64,000 bases of DNA from Setoptus koraiensis. Taxonomy: Eukaryota; Animalia; Arthropoda. The stretch covers positions 17,794,001-17,858,000 of the forward strand of contig CM106585.1 of assembly GCA_048013815.1 (NCBI GenBank). The letters run 5' to 3'. Of the stretch, positions 59,715-64,000 are shown one piece after another. The notes under the pieces are model-generated. The model searched no databases, had not been told where the DNA came from, and saw nothing but the letters and a program-made list of their open reading frames with translations. The stretch's first letter is position 1, and every line of letters begins with the position of its first letter. A program made the translations under genes and the position numbers.

Positions 59715-62216
59715 GTGACTCTATTTGCGAAAACTCTGAAAATTTTGCGATCTTGGCACCAGAAACAAATGGATTCCATTACGACAGAGACTCTTTTGTC
59801 GGTTAGCCTAAACATGCTGGTCAATAAGTCCAACGACGCTATTGAGGGATTACAATTCGATGACTGTAAAGCAAACTCAATCGACCTCGAAACGCTGGAG
59901 CCGGTTCTCAAGACAGCCTCTAATATCAAGTCGCTCAAACTTACAAATCGAAGTGGACAGAATGTTGTCAGGAGAATAGGGCCTGATGCTCACTACATCA
60001 TAACAGACAATTGTCCGCATTTGACAAGTCTCGATGTGTCCGGAGTCGCAATCGCTCCCAATGAGCTCTCCTCGATCAAAGCGAAATGTAACAAAATGAC
60101 AACGTTAAAGGTAACTGAAACCAAACTGGATGACCCAGAAGATCTGAAAATTCTCAGACGTACTGGCTATACAGACAGACGTCTTGTCATTACTTCGGCA
60201 GCAGAGAGAAGAGTGGAAGCATCATCGGGAGACGAATATCAATTGAGGAATGAACTGTCATCTAATGGCTGTGATTGGCTTACAAACGATCTCAAGGACT
60301 TTGAGCAAATGGTGACAAGAATAGAATGGGGTGCCGTTTCAAAAGGACTTTATGAGGATTGCATCGTGACAATAAAAACAGAGGAATTGTTCATCCAAGA
60401 TTTAGACAAAAACACCGAAATGAAATTCTCCCAATACAATCGCAGTGGCGGGACCGTATTCTCAGAAAGCTGTTGGTTCTTTCGTTGCGGTCATACACAT
60501 CCTAGCGGCCAATTATGCGTTGTATTCAAGGATGTATTAAAAAACTCCACCCCATTTATGCGCTTCATGTTGAAGCCAACTGAAGGTATATTCAAATTAA
60601 CTGATCCCAAGCTGCATAAGATACATCGAAAGAAGAGAGATTTACCGAACGCTGTTAAACGAATCTCTTCAGACTATCTGCTGCGTTCAATTATACTTGC
60701 AAAAGGAAATGAATATGCGACCCTAGGAAAGTGGAACACATTAAAATCTGTGTCAATAAACAAGATTACGTTCGACAATGATTCTGTTCAACTCGATGAG
60801 AATCAAATGAAAGCAATCAAAAACTCATTGTGTCACAGAATCAGTTTAATCATGGGCCCTCCTGGCACAGGCAAGACGTACACTTCGGCCTTGTTGGCTC
60901 TTCAACTATGCAAAACGAGAATCTCCAGCAACTCTAAGATACTTGTTTGTGCATCAAGTGATGCGGCCGTCGATAGGATAGCAGATAATATTCATGAATT
61001 GGGCCAGCACAGTATAGTGAAATTCGGTGGTGAGGATGCTAACAATTGTAATTGGAAACCCCACTATCTCGATGTGTCTCTTCAGAACAGGGCAATTCGT
61101 GACATAACCTCACTTGAGGGTCATGATAAAGATCTCGTACTAAGTATTAAGTATCTGGAGGAAAGTCGCAGGAGGATCTTCAGAAAGAGACGAGTGATTT
61201 GTTGCACTTGCAATGATATTCCTGATTTGATCACATATGGTCCCTTCATAATTGATTCTATAATTTTTGATGATTGCAGTCAGATCAACCTGCTTGACGG
61301 CCTACTAGTTCTGCAAACTATGCCTAGACGTATTGTGCTTGTGGGTGACGACGATCAATCTGTGCCGGTTAATCGAGATACCCCGCCGAAGGATCAAGAT
61401 TATTCGAGAGCAGCTTTCCACAGCAAAGTCACCAGTGCTGGTTTTAAGCCAATCATGCTAGATGCTCAATACCGAATGCATCCAGAGATAGCAAGATTTC
61501 CCAACGCACACTTTTACGGAGGAAAGATGAAAAACGGTATTCAAGCAAGCGATAGACAATGGACGGGTAGAAGAGGTGAATGTCCATTTCCCAACCCTGA
61601 CCAACCCATTTATTTTCATTGCCACACATCAGAGGAAATCTCGAGAGATGGAGGGATATCATGGATCAATGAAAGAGAAGCTGACGCTGTTGTGGCTACA
61701 ATTAAAGTTCTACTCTCGAGAGGTATAAAGAGGAGTGAGATTGGAGTTATAACACCCTCTGATGATCAAAAGAACCTTATCAGAGATCGAACGATGTCAA
61801 TAGATTCCAAGGGAGAGACAAGCAAAAGGGACAGCTCGGCCGATCATATTTATCGTATGCTTAAATTGAATTACCAAATGATGCCAAAAGAAAAATTTGT
61901 AGACGATTTCATAGATGTGGACACTGTTGATGCTTTCCGAAATCGCGATAAAAACTACATCATCGTGTCATTTGTTAGGTCAAAAGAGTGCTCAGGTTAT
62001 ATCACTGATCGTAATGTTCTGAATGTGATACTAACTCGCGCCAAGCACGGTCTCATTATCATCGGCAACGCGGTGGCTTTGTCCAGCAGCCCCCTGCTAA
62101 ATTCGTTCGTAAACTATTGTTCTGATGAGGACCTGCTTTACTCAGAATCGCTATCGAAAAATTCTCGGCCCGTCACATTAGATCAACTCATGGAGTGCAC
62201 CATTGTAACTCAGTAA
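59715..62216 (+). CDS. UPF1-derived SF1 helicase with N-terminal Cys-containing LRRs
   Basis: CPHLTSLDVSG / CNKMTTLKV LRRs. GPPGTGKT, IIFDDCSQ, QYRMHPEI, CPFPNPDQP, EEISRDGGISWINEREA, IGVITP, LNVILTRA. First ATG in frame is 59769. Confidence 0.9.
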   Translation: MTLFAKTLKILRSWHQKQMDSITTETLLSVSLNMLVNKSNDAIEGLQFDDCKANSIDLETLEPVLKTASNIKSLKLTNRSGQNVVRRIGPDAHYIITDNCPHLTSLDVSGVAIAPNELSSIKAKCNKMTTLKVTETKLDDPEDLKILRRTGYTDRRLVITSAAERRVEASSGDEYQLRNELSSNGCDWLTNDLKDFEQMVTRIEWGAVSKGLYEDCIVTIKTEELFIQDLDKNTEMKFSQYNRSGGTVFSESCWFFRCGHTHPSGQLCVVFKDVLKNSTPFMRFMLKPTEGIFKLTDPKLHKIHRKKRDLPNAVKRISSDYLLRSIILAKGNEYATLGKWNTLKSVSINKITFDNDSVQLDENQMKAIKNSLCHRISLIMGPPGTGKTYTSALLALQLCKTRISSNSKILVCASSDAAVDRIADNIHELGQHSIVKFGGEDANNCNWKPHYLDVSLQNRAIRDITSLEGHDKDLVLSIKYLEESRRRIFRKRRVICCTCNDIPDLITYGPFIIDSIIFDDCSQINLLDGLLVLQTMPRRIVLVGDDDQSVPVNRDTPPKDQDYSRAAFHSKVTSAGFKPIMLDAQYRMHPEIARFPNAHFYGGKMKNGIQASDRQWTGRRGECPFPNPDQPIYFHCHTSEEISRDGGISWINEREADAVVATIKVLLSRGIKRSEIGVITPSDDQKNLIRDRTMSIDSKGETSKRDSSADHIYRMLKLNYQMMPKEKFVDDFIDVDTVDAFRNRDKNYIIVSFVRSKECSGYITDRNVLNVILTRAKHGLIIIGNAVALSSSPLLNSFVNYCSDEDLLYSESLSKNSRPVTLDQLMECTIVTQ

Positions 62217-63632
62217 TTGTTGCTTCGCCAAAGAAAACACTTCATAAATAAATTGAACATTCATGAGGCCGTGCCTTGCAGCGTCAGTCAGCTAAGTTGC
62301 ATTTTGCGTATATTGTTGTTATCTTTTTCTCAGTTCAATCAAGCTCTGTACACTGCCTTATCATCTCTCGTTGTTGTTTTGCTCGCGATCATCAGATTGT
62401 AACATGATGCTCTCAATCCAAATGTATAGGTTATAGTCTTTTTGTTCTCCCGGCGAATTTTGAAAGGGGAGGATTACAGCCGAGGAGAATCATCTTGGCC
62501 TCAAATCAGGTAACGACTACCCTGGATTCAAGGGTATATATCAAAGTTGTAAGCAATCTAATCATACCTGTCATGTAGAGAACTGTGTATCATAAGATGA
62601 AGTTCAATCGAGTAGAAAATCATCATTCTAAGATGATTGGTTGGCTATTGATTGAGGAACGCCAATCGGAAGTGAAAAGGCTCGAATGCAATCTAGTTGC
62701 CGGCACATGTCACAAGCGACGTCACTTCGATCCCAATAAATATTTATATTTGAAGAAGTCAAGTAGTAGTCGAAACTGTGAGACTTTTGTGTTGCTTTAT
62801 AACTGACCGTGTCCATTTGTTGACAGCAGCACCATGATTATGTTCATAACGGCTCCGATGATAGGTTATCATTAGATGCAGATGGCAGGCACTTATTTAC
62901 GGAAGTAATTCTAGAATCACGTATATTTCGAAAACGAGACGGTTCGGAGTTAGTTCGGCGGAGCAAACTCCAAACCGGTAGCTTCACAATCCGCGAAGCC
63001 ATATTTCACGTGTAAAGGAGCCCGTGAGTTAAGTCTCAGTTCTTCACGAAAAAGACTTTATTCGATGAAGTTCGTTCACGTGAGAATAATGAGCGATTGA
63101 CAAATAAATGTTGATAAGTTGTACTTGTGAGTACATGAACTCCGTGATCCGACTCTGGATTCCAGAGTCTGGAATGCCTGAAACTCAAATGGTACTTGTG
63201 TGATCTCTAGTACACATGTAGGCACACTGCAGAGAGGCGAGGTCTTCTCAAGCACTACTTGCGCCTCGTCGGCGTCAAATTTCGGTCACAATCATCATTT
63301 GTTTCATTCGGATACATGTCCCGTGTTGAGCGGCTCAACTTGAGCCAACAATGTTGCAAGCTGGCCTGTAATGATGAAGCCGTTGTTTTCATGGCGTGCT
63401 TGTGACTTGTTGCATTGAACTTTCATATTGCGCGGACTTGGAAAAAAGAAGCACGCCGAGTTATTGTTCAAAACTTGTGATCCACGGGGACAATGAAGTG
63501 AAATTCTCATACCCTTGCATCAAGTCAATATTCCCGTAAATTAAAGTTTAATTATTAAACACATACTGGTATTCCGATTGTGTAATTCTGATTGCAAAAA
63601 TTCTCATTGCGGAATCTCAGTACCCTTAGCAA

Positions 63633-64000
63633 ATGGACCCCATGACAAATGCAGCCCTTGTGTCAGTTCGCCTTAACATTCTAGTGAATCAGTCCGACGA
63701 GGCAATCGAGGAATTACAATTCGACGACTGCGAAGCAAACTCGGTCGACCTCGAAACACTGGAGCTTATTCTCAAGGCAGCACCCAATCTCACGTCACTC
63801 AAATTTACAAATCGAAAAGGACAGAATGTAATCAGGAGAATAGGGCCCGATGCTCACTACATCATAACAGACAATTGTTCGAAATTGATAAGCCTCGACG
63901 TGTCTGGGGTGTCAATCGCTCCAACTGAGCTCTCATCGATTAGGACGAAATGTAATCAAATAACAACACTGAAAGTAACTGAAAGTAAACTGGATGACCC
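63633..64000 (+). CDS. Third helicase-array gene (LRR N-terminus), truncated by the window edge
   Basis: Open frame MDPMTNAALVSVRLNILVNQSDEAIEELQFDDCEANSVDLETLE...IRRIGPDAHYIITDNCSKLISLDVSG, colinear with 59769 onward. Not in the ORF track because no stop falls in the window. Confidence 0.88.
   Translation, partial: MDPMTNAALVSVRLNILVNQSDEAIEELQFDDCEANSVDLETLELILKAAPNLTSLKFTNRKGQNVIRRIGPDAHYIITDNCSKLISLDVSGVSIAPTELSSIRTKCNQITTLKVTESKLDD

Noticed and set aside
63151-63169. Perfect palindrome GACTCTGGA-T-TCCAGAGTC
   Set aside because: Not preserved in the paralogous position near 59280; likely incidental.
56552-64000. Bacterial defence-type SF1 helicase operon or horizontal transfer
   Set aside because: Motifs are closest to eukaryotic UPF1, composition matches the flanks, and there are no prokaryotic neighbours.

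Overview
Eukaryotic (metazoan), gene-dense and intron-poor DNA. The compact layout, short GT-AG introns (about 60-190 nt) and gene content suggest a small arthropod such as a mite; this is inference and cannot be confirmed from the window. Bases 1-5630 are an almost pure A/T, non-periodic block that cuts off an SLC16/MCT transporter ORF and may be an assembly artefact or an intron. Recognisable genes: MCT, presenilin, P4-ATPase (ATP11-like), iPLA2/PLA2G6, a TSSK-like kinase and a ZDHHC palmitoyltransferase. These are interleaved with rearranged or degenerate paralogs: a TM-PLAT-TM mini-polycystin; a ZDHHC-derived protein lacking the DHHC domain; three members of an unrecognised single-pass membrane family with Lys-Ser repeat tails; a 4-exon secreted glycine-zipper protein that the ORF track splits; two inverted, catalytically dead trypsin-like genes; and a tandem array of UPF1-derived SF1 helicases whose CH domain is replaced by a TM anchor plus coiled coil or by LRRs. 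The helicase array is the strongest candidate for an undescribed system. I saw no rRNA, tRNA, CRISPR array or intact transposon.
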